DNA of 64,000 nucleotides from Gammaproteobacteria bacterium. Its GTDB lineage: Bacteria > Pseudomonadota > Gammaproteobacteria > JABDBA01. Below are positions 27,173-40,700 of this stretch, piece by piece. A model generated the notes under the pieces. That model did no database searches, was not told where the DNA came from, and saw only the letters and a program-made list of their open reading frames with translations. The position numbers were made by a program, and so were the translations under genes. Within the stretch, counting starts at the first letter, position 1, and every line of letters begins with the position of its first letter. Where the stretch lies: the NCBI GenBank assembly GCA_013288885.1, contig JABDBA010000001.1, forward strand, positions 147,840 through 211,839, written 5' to 3'.

Positions 27173-28252
27173 ATGGTAAGAGATTTATGGCATTTCCCAC
27201 GCTTAAGGCTGGCGCAACAAGTAATAGGCATGTTTGATACCAATCTATCAAGCGCCCTTATCTTTTTTGCCCCACGGCGCATGGGTAAAACTGAGTTTTT
27301 AAATAAAGACATTCAACCGATTGCTAAAAAACAGGGCTGGTACACGTTTTACTTTAGTTTTTTAGATGCCGGAACAGATATACAAGAGGAATTTGTTCGC
27401 GCATTAGTAGAGTTCGCTGAAAAAATAGGGGCTATAAAAGCCGGGCTTTTGTCGCATATTCAAAAAATAGGGGGTGAAGTAGCTGGAGTTAAAGGAAGTT
27501 TAGAACTAAGGAAGCCAGAGCTTATCCAGTATAACATGAAAAACATAATTTCCCGTTTGGCCGACCACGGGAACATTCTATTGCTCATGGATGAAGTGCA
27601 AATACTCGCAAAAAATCAGGATAATGAACGCTTTGTCGCAGGTTTGCGCACTGCGCTTGACCTCTACAAAGATAATGTGAAGGTTATATTCACTGGGTCA
27701 TCTCGCCAGGGATTGCGCGATATGTTTTCTCAAGCCAGCGCACCATTCTTTCATTTTGGCCAGAACCTACCGTTTCCTGAATTAGGTCGGGAATTTACCG
27801 ACCATTTGTCGGATGTATTTGAAAAAGTAACACGCCGTAAATTGGATAAAAAGATTTTGTGGGACTCGTTCTTAGAAATGGAGAAAGTGCCCCAGCTTGC
27901 TAGGTCGTTGGTGGAACGGCTTGCGTTGAATCCCGATCAAACGATTAATGAAGCCAAAAAACAATTGCTGGTCGATATATTCAATGATCGTGCGTTTGTA
28001 GAAATATGGGGGAGTGCTTCTAAACTCGAGCAATTGTTGCTGCGAGAGATTGCCATCGGATTTGAAGCTTTATTTAGCGAACAAGCCCGCACTACTTTGG
28101 CGAAAACACTAGGGATTGATGAATTAGGGGTCCCAGCAGTGCAGTCTGCATTACGCGTGCTACAGAAAAAACATTTGATTGGAAAAACTTCTGATCGGTC
28201 GGGCTATTTTATTGATGACCCCAATTTTAAAAATTGGCTGCAAAACCTATAA
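27173..28252 (+). CDS. P-loop ATPase (PF01637-like)
   Basis: 359 aa. Walker A FAPRRMGKTEF, Walker B ILLLMDEVQ. Confidence 0.7.
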   Translation: MVRDLWHFPRLRLAQQVIGMFDTNLSSALIFFAPRRMGKTEFLNKDIQPIAKKQGWYTFYFSFLDAGTDIQEEFVRALVEFAEKIGAIKAGLLSHIQKIGGEVAGVKGSLELRKPELIQYNMKNIISRLADHGNILLLMDEVQILAKNQDNERFVAGLRTALDLYKDNVKVIFTGSSRQGLRDMFSQASAPFFHFGQNLPFPELGREFTDHLSDVFEKVTRRKLDKKILWDSFLEMEKVPQLARSLVERLALNPDQTINEAKKQLLVDIFNDRAFVEIWGSASKLEQLLLREIAIGFEALFSEQARTTLAKTLGIDELGVPAVQSALRVLQKKHLIGKTSDRSGYFIDDPNFKNWLQNL

Positions 28253-28278
28253 TTGGCTCAAAGGTTTGATCTTGTATT

Positions 28279-30869
<2,591 letters not shown>

Positions 30870-30878
30870 TGAGCCAAT

Positions 30879-33641
30879 CTAGTTACGCCCATGCCCGACA
30901 TGGCGATCGTGGGTCGCTGGTACAAAAAAAGCTTCGTCTTCTTTGCTAGTAGTTGATTGATTACTATTTGAGCTCGACGAAGTACTCATTGGTTGATTTT
31001 GTTGTGCGCCAGAAACAGAATCAGAAGTTGCTGAGGAAGATGGTGGTGTCGGTTCATCGGTTTTATCTTCCTCTTCATCAGAATTATCTGGGAGTGATGC
31101 GTGCTTTAATAATACATCGGTGCTTGTTCCTGTGGCTTTTGCCAATGTTTTCAGCATCGCCTTAGTATCATGTTCGGTATGTTGATAGTCTTTTTCGTCA
31201 TCGGAAGGCGAGTCAGATGATTCTGAATCTGAATCCCCCGCTTTATATTTTGGGAGTTTTTCTATTTTCAACGGATGCAAATCGTTTAAGTGCGCACTGT
31301 GCTTATGAAGTTTAATAAGCCCTGGACTCAGTTCATTGATACGTACAATGATGTCGTTAGGTAATATATTACGTAAAGATTTTAAACCTTGGCAACCATC
31401 GGAATTAGTTTCAGAAAGAAAAGCATGATGGTGAGTAATAAAGAGTTGCGCAAATTTATCAACAAATTTTTCTCTATCTGCTGGGTCTTTATGATTGGGC
31501 AATTTTCCATATTCTTCATAAAAATCAGTTAAAGCTGCCATATACAATTGCATTACAGCTTCACGATCTTTGCCGCTCTTGCAACCACTCATAAAAATAT
31601 TGCCAGTATATCTTGTAAGCAATCCCTCGATAGCACTTTTTTCCAGATTAGTATTTAAATCGGCAGGCACTTCAGCGTTGATATTAGCAAAACGATTTAA
31701 TAGCACTAATATTTGGCCTAGTGATTTTTGTTGATCAAGCGTAAAACCTAACACCTGTATGGTCAAAGGTATGCTAGCAATATTCAATATACCTTTGCTG
31801 GCGTCTTTATAGAGTTCAACTAAAACTCTATTGCGTTCAATATTTAGCAAAATATTAGCAGCTTGTACTTTATTTAATTCTTTGCCGGTATTTAATTTTA
31901 GATAACTTTGAATTTCCATGATAGTTAAACTATCCGTAGCTTTGTTTTTTAATACGGCTTGTTGAATAATTTCTTTGATTTTATTGCACGCTGTTGTAAA
32001 TGCTAATTTTTTTATAAAATCATCATCTTGCGGCAGATCATAATCAAGGTGTATATTTTTTACAAAATTATCTACACTAGCGTGAATAACTACCTTTTGC
32101 ACAAAACTTTCAACCATTGCTTTTATTTCACTATCGCGTGAAGTGTCTGAAGATTGGTCCATACCACCTTTCATGAGCACCCAACCCATACCAGCCCCAG
32201 CAGTTCTCTTGCGTGGTCTATCTGTCGTTGTTGAAGATCTTTTATCTGCAGGATCTGCGTTTTTCCCGGTAGTTACGAAGCAGGTGATATTGTGGTTAAT
32301 GCCGATATATTTATATTGCGGCATATCTTTTCTTAACTTTGCGATACCATCTTCTTTTCCGGCGTTAAGGCCGGTATCGCCACCGCCTACTGCTTTTAAT
32401 AAGCTATGGCAAACAACGGTTTTTTGACGCGGTTCTGAGGTTTCCCAAGGGAAACCATGTGCCGATAATTGCGCACGCTCACACAAGGTGATTTCTTGCG
32501 CAATGTTTTGTGCTGTTAACGAGTTATCAAAACTAGGAAGAGGACTAGTAACTAATCCAAAAATCTTGCTTTTTTTAACAACAGCGACAGCAGAACTACG
32601 CAGAACAGCAGGCGTAATGCTTGATTTAGTAACATCGCCTTGCTTATTAGTTTCTACAACAAGGCACTGGCTTAGCCAAAGATTATTTGCACCAGGCCGC
32701 TTCCCGCGCATCGTCGCCGGTGTAGCAATAGCAGGGTCGGGATCTGAATTTTTTGTATCGAAGATCACATTCATGATTTTTACTAAATTAGCTTTTTCCC
32801 ATGGCTTCATGTTTTTGAACCATGCTGGCGGTTTAGTAGTTCTTGCTAAAGAAAAGTTTTTTGCTAACGCAATATCATCTGAAGTAAATTTTCCCCCTTC
32901 ATTAGCAACAATTTTTTGAAAATAATTTAAAAAAGCATAATGTTCACTGCTCCCGTTCTTAAGGGTACTGAAATAAGCTTCAAAATATTCTTGCTTCTGC
33001 TTATGTGTTAGATGCGAAAAGCGATTGCAAGGCTGATCAATTAGGATCATATAACGGTGAGTACCGGTTTTTTCTTCTGCTTTGGTTTCTAACACCGTGA
33101 CAAGGGTTTTGTGTTTTTTTACATTAGCTAAGGCTTCGGCGTCTTTAAGTTTAATGCCATGCGTTTTTCCAAAAGCTTCAATTTCTGCCAGTGAGGTATT
33201 ATAAGCATGATCACCTATATCTAATGGCGCTTTATCTGATTCCGCGATGGGTGAAATACTTATTGCTTTCCTAAATTCTTCTTTAAGCTCCGGTGTAGCA
33301 AGGGCAGCGAGCATTCCATCGTATGCGCTTTTAATCCTTTTGACTTTTGACATGCCATACGTTTGTAATTCAGGCTGTGATGGTTCTTGGCCAGCTATTA
33401 TTGTTTTGCGAAAATTATAATCTGTTTGTTGTGAAGATAAACTAAAGGTTTTTTCCAAATAGCGCGTTAGTATTTCGCGCGTGTCAGGGTGTGCTTGACC
33501 ATATGTCTGCGATGCTCTCTTCCATCCTTTCGGTATTGGCGCTACAACACTTGCGGCCGCTGCTGGTGTAGTTGAGGGTATACTACTACTTTGAGTTTCT
33601 TCTTTGTTGGGCACATCTTTTTTAGATTCAGGCAATGACAT
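30879..33641 (-). CDS. Large effector-like protein with a CX5R (CKSGKDR) phosphoinositide-phosphatase P-loop, IpgD/SopB/INPP4-type; paralog A
   Basis: 920 aa. The motif is SGCKSGKDREAVM. Many blocks are collinear with 37767..40973. Termini are S/T/A/P-rich and low-complexity. Confidence 0.65.
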   Translation of the reverse strand: MSLPESKKDVPNKEETQSSSIPSTTPAAAASVVAPIPKGWKRASQTYGQAHPDTREILTRYLEKTFSLSSQQTDYNFRKTIIAGQEPSQPELQTYGMSKVKRIKSAYDGMLAALATPELKEEFRKAISISPIAESDKAPLDIGDHAYNTSLAEIEAFGKTHGIKLKDAEALANVKKHKTLVTVLETKAEEKTGTHRYMILIDQPCNRFSHLTHKQKQEYFEAYFSTLKNGSSEHYAFLNYFQKIVANEGGKFTSDDIALAKNFSLARTTKPPAWFKNMKPWEKANLVKIMNVIFDTKNSDPDPAIATPATMRGKRPGANNLWLSQCLVVETNKQGDVTKSSITPAVLRSSAVAVVKKSKIFGLVTSPLPSFDNSLTAQNIAQEITLCERAQLSAHGFPWETSEPRQKTVVCHSLLKAVGGGDTGLNAGKEDGIAKLRKDMPQYKYIGINHNITCFVTTGKNADPADKRSSTTTDRPRKRTAGAGMGWVLMKGGMDQSSDTSRDSEIKAMVESFVQKVVIHASVDNFVKNIHLDYDLPQDDDFIKKLAFTTACNKIKEIIQQAVLKNKATDSLTIMEIQSYLKLNTGKELNKVQAANILLNIERNRVLVELYKDASKGILNIASIPLTIQVLGFTLDQQKSLGQILVLLNRFANINAEVPADLNTNLEKSAIEGLLTRYTGNIFMSGCKSGKDREAVMQLYMAALTDFYEEYGKLPNHKDPADREKFVDKFAQLFITHHHAFLSETNSDGCQGLKSLRNILPNDIIVRINELSPGLIKLHKHSAHLNDLHPLKIEKLPKYKAGDSDSESSDSPSDDEKDYQHTEHDTKAMLKTLAKATGTSTDVLLKHASLPDNSDEEEDKTDEPTPPSSSATSDSVSGAQQNQPMSTSSSSNSNQSTTSKEDEAFFVPATHDRHVGHGRN

Positions 33642-33769
33642 AAAATCACCTTATTTCTCTTTACCACACTTTAATACTCGCACTGGGGATGGTATTTTCC
33701 AGCTTTAACCATTGCTCCCTGCTTAATACAAAACGGGGTTATTAACCCTTTCATAATCCTCATACTTAT

Positions 33770-33801
33770 AGTGTAGTCCTCAAACCTTAAGATAATCTTA
33801 A
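33770..33801 (-). promoter_or_regulatory. TTAA-N7-TTAA-N11-TACACT promoter box (PmrA-type tandem half-sites)
   Basis: Gene-sense sequence TTAAGATTATCTTAAGGTTTGAGGACTACACT. 18/20 identical to the box at 36611-36630. Confidence 0.5.
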
Positions 33802-33917
33802 ATCCCATGTGGATTTGTAAGTTTATTTGCTTATATAGTTGGGAGGGGCTAGGGAATTGACAAAAATTACCATTTTTGACATAATTAAGTAGTCAAGAAC
33901 CAGTGGTGTGGAGAAGG

Positions 33918-36563
33918 TTATCTAGGCCCACCCTGAACAATGCTGCTCCATGAGCGGCCAGTAGGTTTGACAGGAGGAGGTTCCGGTGTAGTGACAGCTG
34001 GCGCGCTAGCAGCTGACGTGCTAGCAGATCCTAAATTCTCTGTTATTGCCACGCGTTTTGCGGCCTTAGAACCTCTACGGGGGTTATTGTCGCTAACGCC
34101 TTGACCAACAGATTTTCCAGCAGTGATACTACTCGAAAATGAACTAAGTGGCGCAGGGGCAGCTGGTGCGGCCTTAGCAGATGGTTTTCTCGCAGCAGTT
34201 TGAGGAGCTGCAGCTTTTTGGGCTAATTCAAGTTTCAGTTTTTCCTGAGCGGGCAGTGCTTGCCAAAAAGTATCAAATTGAGTGCGATCTGCCATCAGAG
34301 TAGGTTCTGCAAAATATTGATCTACTAATTTTAATTTAAGCAAAACATTAGCAAGAACATTTGCATCGGTGTCGTTAAAGTTATTTTCTAATGCCGAAAG
34401 AGCAGGCATAAATTCATTGGTAGTATCAGTTAAACTTAGTAATAATTGCATCTGACTGCTGTTTTTACTTTTGTCACTTGCATTAAATGCATTGATAATA
34501 AACAGCATATAATAGTAATTGACCAAGCCATTACCATTTGAAACGATAACTTCCGTTTTTTTATCGTATATAAAATTATTTTTAATATTATTTTTTAAAT
34601 AAAATATTCTTGCAATAATACTATCTAAATCTAAGTGTAAGTTTTGATTTGATGTATATAAATCATGAAGGTCCATCTGCAATGCTAAATTTGTGTCTTT
34701 TCTACTAGAGGTATTTGTTGCTGCTGTAGGTTCCGGCTTCGTTTCAGTTTCACCGCTGCGATGTCTAGCCAAAGGTTGGGCCGGTATTCTAAAAAAAGGA
34801 CTTGCGTCAGAAATATAGCTATCTTGCTTTTCTACGCTTTTTTGAGCTTTCAGCAAAAGCTCTATGCGCTGATGGTTGTTTAGGAAGTGATCTTCCAGTT
34901 TGGTTCTTTCCGGATCTTGCATTAACTCATCAAACGCCGCTTTAGAGTAATCCAAAGCGGTTTTTTCTTGCTCGTCTTGAAGTTCAGCAGTAATATTTTC
35001 GGATGTTATCATGTATAATACTAATTGATCTTTACCCGCCCTTGCAGCTTCGTGTAGCAATGTTGGATTGAGTTCTTCCTCGTCAACTCTAACAATTTCT
35101 TTAAGAATAATTTCCATTTGTTTTAATTTATTGCATATAGCTTTAAAATTATTTAATTCGCACGCTTCTTGTTCCGAGACGTCTTTTTCTCCAAGATAAT
35201 GGTTTTCAATTAATTCAAAAGCAACCTGTATCAAAAATTCTTGATCCTGTTCATTATCGTTTTCAAGAACATCTAAAAGTTGTCTAAAATCTTGCCCGTC
35301 TACCAGTGCTTGAACAACCGCATCAACATTTCTATGTGCTAGCGCGGTAGTTAAAGAAGGCTTTTCATCAATTGCACTGGATAAAAGTGCAGGCATTATG
35401 CTATCTAATAAGCGGGATTGTGAGGGGTGTTGCATACTAAGTCGATCAGAGGTTGGAGAACGCAACGGAGAAGTAGGAACAAACGGTTTTTGTTTTTGTA
35501 ATATGTCATCGGGAATAACGACCCCAGCATTCCATAGGGTCATGCAAAGACCTTTTTTATCGTTAAAAGTAATTATATTTGCTAAAGTTTCATCCCTCTC
35601 ATTTTTGACATCATTGATATTTTTTTTAATCTTGATAGCCGCAACAATTTGATTTACCAAATCTAAGTTTAACGCAATTTTTCGTCGAAAAAGCTTATAA
35701 AAATTACTGACAATATGGAACAAAATAACTTGCAATATCTCTGTATGATCTTTGTCAATCGCAAATTGTACGGGAGTTTTTCCATTAATATCTTGCTGAT
35801 TAAAATCTATTTTTGCCTTTAAACATAGCTGTACAAATTTCACGTTATTTTTAGCCACTGCATAATGCAGCAAGTTTTTTCCACCAATATTTTTAAAATT
35901 TTTTAAGTCTATTTTTCGCAATTTTTTAAATATTTCTTCGGCTTCTTGATGGATCTCGTCTGTATATTGAGTAACATCCAGTGCAGCTATAGCCAATAAT
36001 CTCTGTTTGTATTGACCGATCTGTTCAGGAGAAAGGGTGTCGGCATCTAAAGAAAAATTACTTTCAACATCGGTTCCGGCTGTAACAGCTGAGTCACCAT
36101 CATCATCTGCGTATGATCCGCCATCGGTAGAACCGTCTGGGTTTGCAAGATAAGCATTAGAATAACCTCGACTCCCTTCATGACTAACATTACTAACATT
36201 GTCTGTAGAAGTTTGTTGTTTAGCAAACGATGATCCTAAAGTTATTCCTATTGTTGAAGTTGCGGAAGAGGAACTGCCACTTGAAGCAAATGACATCGCG
36301 CTGCTTGTTGAACTTGCCATTGGCTGCAAGTGTGGTGGAACATAACCTGGAGGATAAAATTTAGCTGCATTGTGAGACAATGTAGAGTTTGAAGGATCTT
36401 TTGGAGGTTTTGCAGGAGTAGGTTTATTTTTTCCCGATTGACCCTCTTCTTCTGTTTCATCTTCTGCAACTATTGCTTCCGTCCATTCCTTAGCCCCACT
36501 AATATTTTGCTTTGCAGTATCTGCACCCACATCATTTTTCCCACTAGCACCATCAGAAAACAT
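33918..36563 (-). CDS. Ankyrin-repeat protein (effector-like)
   Basis: 881 aa. GGKNLLHYAVAKNNVKFVQLCLKAKIDFNQQDINGKTPVQFAIDKDHTEILQVIL and PTLLHEAARAGKDQLVLYMI are ANK repeats. Termini are low-complexity. Confidence 0.8.
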   Translation of the reverse strand: MFSDGASGKNDVGADTAKQNISGAKEWTEAIVAEDETEEEGQSGKNKPTPAKPPKDPSNSTLSHNAAKFYPPGYVPPHLQPMASSTSSAMSFASSGSSSSATSTIGITLGSSFAKQQTSTDNVSNVSHEGSRGYSNAYLANPDGSTDGGSYADDDGDSAVTAGTDVESNFSLDADTLSPEQIGQYKQRLLAIAALDVTQYTDEIHQEAEEIFKKLRKIDLKNFKNIGGKNLLHYAVAKNNVKFVQLCLKAKIDFNQQDINGKTPVQFAIDKDHTEILQVILFHIVSNFYKLFRRKIALNLDLVNQIVAAIKIKKNINDVKNERDETLANIITFNDKKGLCMTLWNAGVVIPDDILQKQKPFVPTSPLRSPTSDRLSMQHPSQSRLLDSIMPALLSSAIDEKPSLTTALAHRNVDAVVQALVDGQDFRQLLDVLENDNEQDQEFLIQVAFELIENHYLGEKDVSEQEACELNNFKAICNKLKQMEIILKEIVRVDEEELNPTLLHEAARAGKDQLVLYMITSENITAELQDEQEKTALDYSKAAFDELMQDPERTKLEDHFLNNHQRIELLLKAQKSVEKQDSYISDASPFFRIPAQPLARHRSGETETKPEPTAATNTSSRKDTNLALQMDLHDLYTSNQNLHLDLDSIIARIFYLKNNIKNNFIYDKKTEVIVSNGNGLVNYYYMLFIINAFNASDKSKNSSQMQLLLSLTDTTNEFMPALSALENNFNDTDANVLANVLLKLKLVDQYFAEPTLMADRTQFDTFWQALPAQEKLKLELAQKAAAPQTAARKPSAKAAPAAPAPLSSFSSSITAGKSVGQGVSDNNPRRGSKAAKRVAITENLGSASTSAASAPAVTTPEPPPVKPTGRSWSSIVQGGPR

Positions 36564-36598
36564 AATAAACCCCTCAATAAAATTAAAATATAACAGTC

Positions 36599-36630
36599 AT
36601 TCTACCCCATAAACCTTAAGATTTTCTTAA
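36599..36630 (-). promoter_or_regulatory. TTAA-N7-TTAA-N11-TAGAAT promoter box
   Basis: Gene-sense sequence TTAAGAAAATCTTAAGGTTTATGGGGTAGAAT. The -10-like hexamer lies ~35 nt upstream of the ATG at 36563. Confidence 0.5.
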
Positions 36631-36693
36631 GTCTGAGTGAAAATCTTGCGAATTATAAATTACGACGGGGCTATTTACTTACAAGATAATTAT

Positions 36694-37755
36694 TCAACGC
36701 ATAAGGCGCTTTACGCCTTCATCCAAACGGCGCAATAATTCAGCGGCGGGGAGATCTTGGCTTAAATAAGCCGCTTGGCCTGAATACATCGACATGATAT
36801 CGGTCAACCCTTTTTTTGCGGCAGCGGCTCGTAGGGAGCGGGTGAGGGAATTTTGAATCGGGTAATCTAAAATTTGCTTTTGGTAAGCTTCCATCGCCGT
36901 AGTAAATTTGTTTTTTATAGCACGCACTAAACGGCCGGAATAAGCACGAGTAAGCACAGTATTATCTTGCTTGTTCTGCAAAATTGTTTTTTTGAATTTG
37001 GCGTGCGCGCCTGATTCAGTGCAAGCAAGAAAAGCCGTACCCATTTGCACACCGGTTGCACCCAAGATAAGTGCAGCAAGAATTCCGCGCGCATCCATGA
37101 TGCCGCCAGAGGCTACTATGGGTACTTTAGTATGATCGGCAATTTGTGGAATTAACGCAAAGCTGCCAATCAATGCCTCTTCTGCCCGCCCTAAAAAAGT
37201 ACCGCGATGACCACCCGCTTCACAACCTTGCGCAGCGATAACATCAATACCGGCTTTTTGTAGCGCTAATGCTTCCGGCAAGTTAGTTGCTGTGCCCATT
37301 AATTTTATTTTGGCGAGTTTTAATTTCTTTATCCACTGTGCAGCGGGAATGCCAAAGGTAAAACTAAAGACAGGAACTTTCTCTGCAATAATAACTTGCA
37401 ATTGCTCAGCAAAAGGAAAAACAAAGGGTGCAAAAACAGGATTAATTTCTCTAGCAAACTTAGGATAAAGTTTTTTTAACGTTTTAATCATCAACTGCAT
37501 TTGTTGTTTAGTGGCATGATGTGGCTCAGGAATAAAAAGATTTACTGCAAAGGGTTTATCCGTTAACGATTTAATTTTAATAATAATCTTGCGAATTTCT
37601 TCGGGATCCAAATAACCCGCGCCTAACGAACCTAAACCACCGGCATTGCTCACCGCAGCTACTAATTCAGGTGTAGTAGGCCCACCTGCCATCGGCGCTT
37701 GAATGATCGGCAGTTGAATGTTGAGCAGTTTGGTGAGTTTAGTATTGGGCCACAT
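36694..37755 (-). CDS. Nitronate monooxygenase / FabK-like FMN oxidoreductase
   Basis: 353 aa. LPIIQAPMAGGPTTPELVAAVSNAGGLGSLG, and GADGVQ-like IVASGGIMD..GATGVQMGTAF. Confidence 0.85.
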   Translation of the reverse strand: MWPNTKLTKLLNIQLPIIQAPMAGGPTTPELVAAVSNAGGLGSLGAGYLDPEEIRKIIIKIKSLTDKPFAVNLFIPEPHHATKQQMQLMIKTLKKLYPKFAREINPVFAPFVFPFAEQLQVIIAEKVPVFSFTFGIPAAQWIKKLKLAKIKLMGTATNLPEALALQKAGIDVIAAQGCEAGGHRGTFLGRAEEALIGSFALIPQIADHTKVPIVASGGIMDARGILAALILGATGVQMGTAFLACTESGAHAKFKKTILQNKQDNTVLTRAYSGRLVRAIKNKFTTAMEAYQKQILDYPIQNSLTRSLRAAAAKKGLTDIMSMYSGQAAYLSQDLPAAELLRRLDEGVKRLMR

Positions 37756-37766
37756 CTTTATCCTTT

Positions 37767-40700
37767 TTATTTGAGATTTGCCCGAGGCGGCGGCGCATTG
37801 TTTGGGTTAGGTTGCCCAGGTTCTTGTGCAGCAGTAACTACTGCAGCAGTAACTACAGTTTCAGTCACCGTTGGGTTAAGCTCAGCCCATATTTTGCCTA
37901 GCATAACAGTTGCCCTCCGAGAATCCGGGCTACCTGAAATAATTGATGGGCTAACATCTCGCGCGATATCTTGATCATCAGTCGATGTCTTGGCCTCCTC
38001 TGGCGAATTAAGCAAGTGAGCAAAAGCAGCCATTCCGTCATCTGTATGATCAGCAGACCAATCACTATTCAACATTATAGGTTTTTTCTCAACAGGAACA
38101 AATTTTAATGGTTTGAATTTATTTAAACCGCCATTTTCTTCTAATCTAGCGATAAGCCCAGGGCATATCAATTCAATTCTCTCACGAATGTCTTTGGGCA
38201 ATACTCCGCCTTTGTCCTCTCCTTTTTTATTTTTTCCACCAATGTCTTTTAAGCCCTGACTACCATCTGCGTTAGTTTCAGCTAATATAGCCATATGGTG
38301 AGTAACGAATAAATCGGCGTAGATAATAACGAATTTTTGTCTATCGGTTTGTTTTTTATGAACGCCCTCGGTCGGTGCTTTTTTAACGTCTTTGGCCTTG
38401 TAAGCTTCTAAATCTCCATCGGGATTATGATTGTGATCGGGCATTCTATTGTTATTTTCAGCCATAAAGACCATTAAAGCGACCATATAAATTCTCATCA
38501 TACCTTTACGATCTTTTCCGCTTTTACAACTGCCCTGAAAAATATTTCCAGTAAAGATAGTAAGCAACCCTTCAATCGCACTTATTTCTAAGTTAGGATT
38601 TTGTGATCTTTCCATTCTTTTGTTGATATTAAAATATCCATTCAGTAGCACAAGAATGCGCGTTAAAATTTTGACGCGTGGGTCTCGCAGTTCTTCTTGC
38701 GATGAAAGATTGTTACGATATGGCGAGAGATTAGGAGAAATTAATGAGGTATCTAATTTACCCCTTAGCGCAGCATCAAAAAATTCTTTAATAGCAAGAG
38801 AGGCCTGTTCGTCTCTTCCCGCCATTATTTTTTTTATAAATGCATTTACCATTTTTATTATGCCATCTGTTCCTGGAACTTCAGAAACGCTATCTATTAC
38901 CGCACGTGCTGCTTCAGAATCTACGAGATTAGTTAAATTATGGTTAGAACCAATAGGAGTAAGTTCAGTATCTAATTTACTAAGCACCGCATCTTTTGCT
39001 GATGCAAGGCCACCGTCACCACCGCCAAAAAGTTTAAGCAAAGTTTGGCAGAAAACAAATTCGGGGTTTATTGGCCATGGGAAATGGTCAACGCGGAAGC
39101 GATTACCATTGTCGTTCCAAAGTATCTTTTGATATTTTTTACATAATATAATTTCTTGTTGAATGTTTTGTACGGTAAACAATTCGTTTAAAGCAGAAGT
39201 CGTGGTTGTGGCAACATCAGCAAGTGTTGGGTCAGGCTGTGAAGAGAAAGCGAGTACCCCCTCTGATTTTTTTTTAACGGGTTTTTGTTGTTTTACAGCA
39301 CCTGCAACAGCGGAACTACGGCCAGAAGGAAACAAAACGCCTTCGGTTTGCAAGTTAATTTTAGTAGCCGCAGCAATTGTTGGCTGTAAGCTGTAATGGG
39401 ATTCCATTACAGCGGCTATGCTTATCCATAAATTACTGGCGCCTGGGCGCGTAGCTCTTTCTGTAGCGGGCATGGCAATAGCAGGGTCATTAGTATTTTT
39501 CTCTTCATCGATTACAGGTTTTATAGTGCTTAATAAAGAGTCTTTTTCCCATTGACTAAGTCTGTCAAACCAAGTGGGCATAGTAGAAGGTTTTTCTTCT
39601 GGAAAATATTTCTCAAATTGGCATTGCCCAAGGAACCTTTTAAGTTGCCCAGTAAACATGCCGAATTTGGTAGGTTCGGTTTTGATTTTTTTCAGACAGC
39701 TTACAAAATCTCGTATTTTTTCACCTGGTTGTAGATGCGAAAATAGATATGCATCAGTTTTTAAGCCAATGATTGTTGCAAACTTATCTTTATCAGTATC
39801 CGATAATTTCTTAAACCAAGAAGTGTATTCTTGCAGGGCTTGATCAAAATCAGTAGACTTGCTCTCTGAGCTAGCAAGATATTTAGTTGGAAAATATTCT
39901 GCAAATTCCCGTTCGCCCCAAATTTTTTTAATAGGTTCATCTATGGCATCCCAATCATTTTTATACGTACAACGATAAGCCATAAAATATTCTGCTTGTT
40001 GTTCGATACTTAAATCAGAAAATCGATTACCTGGTATATCTATTTGTACTGTGTAACGTATGTGAAATTGTGTGGGTGTTGTTAATACTGTAACAAGCGT
40101 TTTATGCTCTTTGATATTATTGAGCGCTTCGGCAACTTTAAAATCAATATCATGTTCTTGCCCGAATTCTTCTAAATTAGCGATTAATATATTATATTGC
40201 TCGTTGCTGATTTCAGTATCCTGATTAAACTCCATGGGATTTGTAATAGTCTTGAATGCTTCGGTCTTTTTTGCAAATCCCACCGCCTTGGCCATTCCAT
40301 CATAAGCACTTTTATAGCGTTTAAACTTTGAAACTGCGAAGCTTTGAGGTGGCACAGGTTTGCCACTTTCATGGAAGTGAAAATCAGTTTGATCGGGATC
40401 CAAACAAAAATTTTTTATAATATGATTTCTTAATTGTTCTTCTAATTGTTCTTTAGCTGTGCGAATGGGTGGCTGTGATGCAGGTGTTCTGGCAGGGGGC
40501 AATTTTGCAAGTGGACCACCTAGGCTAGAAAGTGATCTTGCTAAAGCGGGCATCTGCGATGCTGATGTAACAAATGATCCTCCTGCAGAAACCGGCGACG
40601 ACGATGAAGACGAAGTAGTTGTTGCTACGCTAGAGGGTGAAGTATTTGATGGGGCAAGAGGTGGTGATGCTGGGTGGGCAATAGCCGTAGAGCGTGTTCT

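Noticed and set aside
33857-33885. Consensus-like + strand promoter TTGACA-N17-CATAAT pointing into the 3' end of the ankyrin gene
   Set aside because: No ORF or terminator follows, and it could arise by chance in AT-rich intergenic DNA. An antisense transcript is possible but unsupported.
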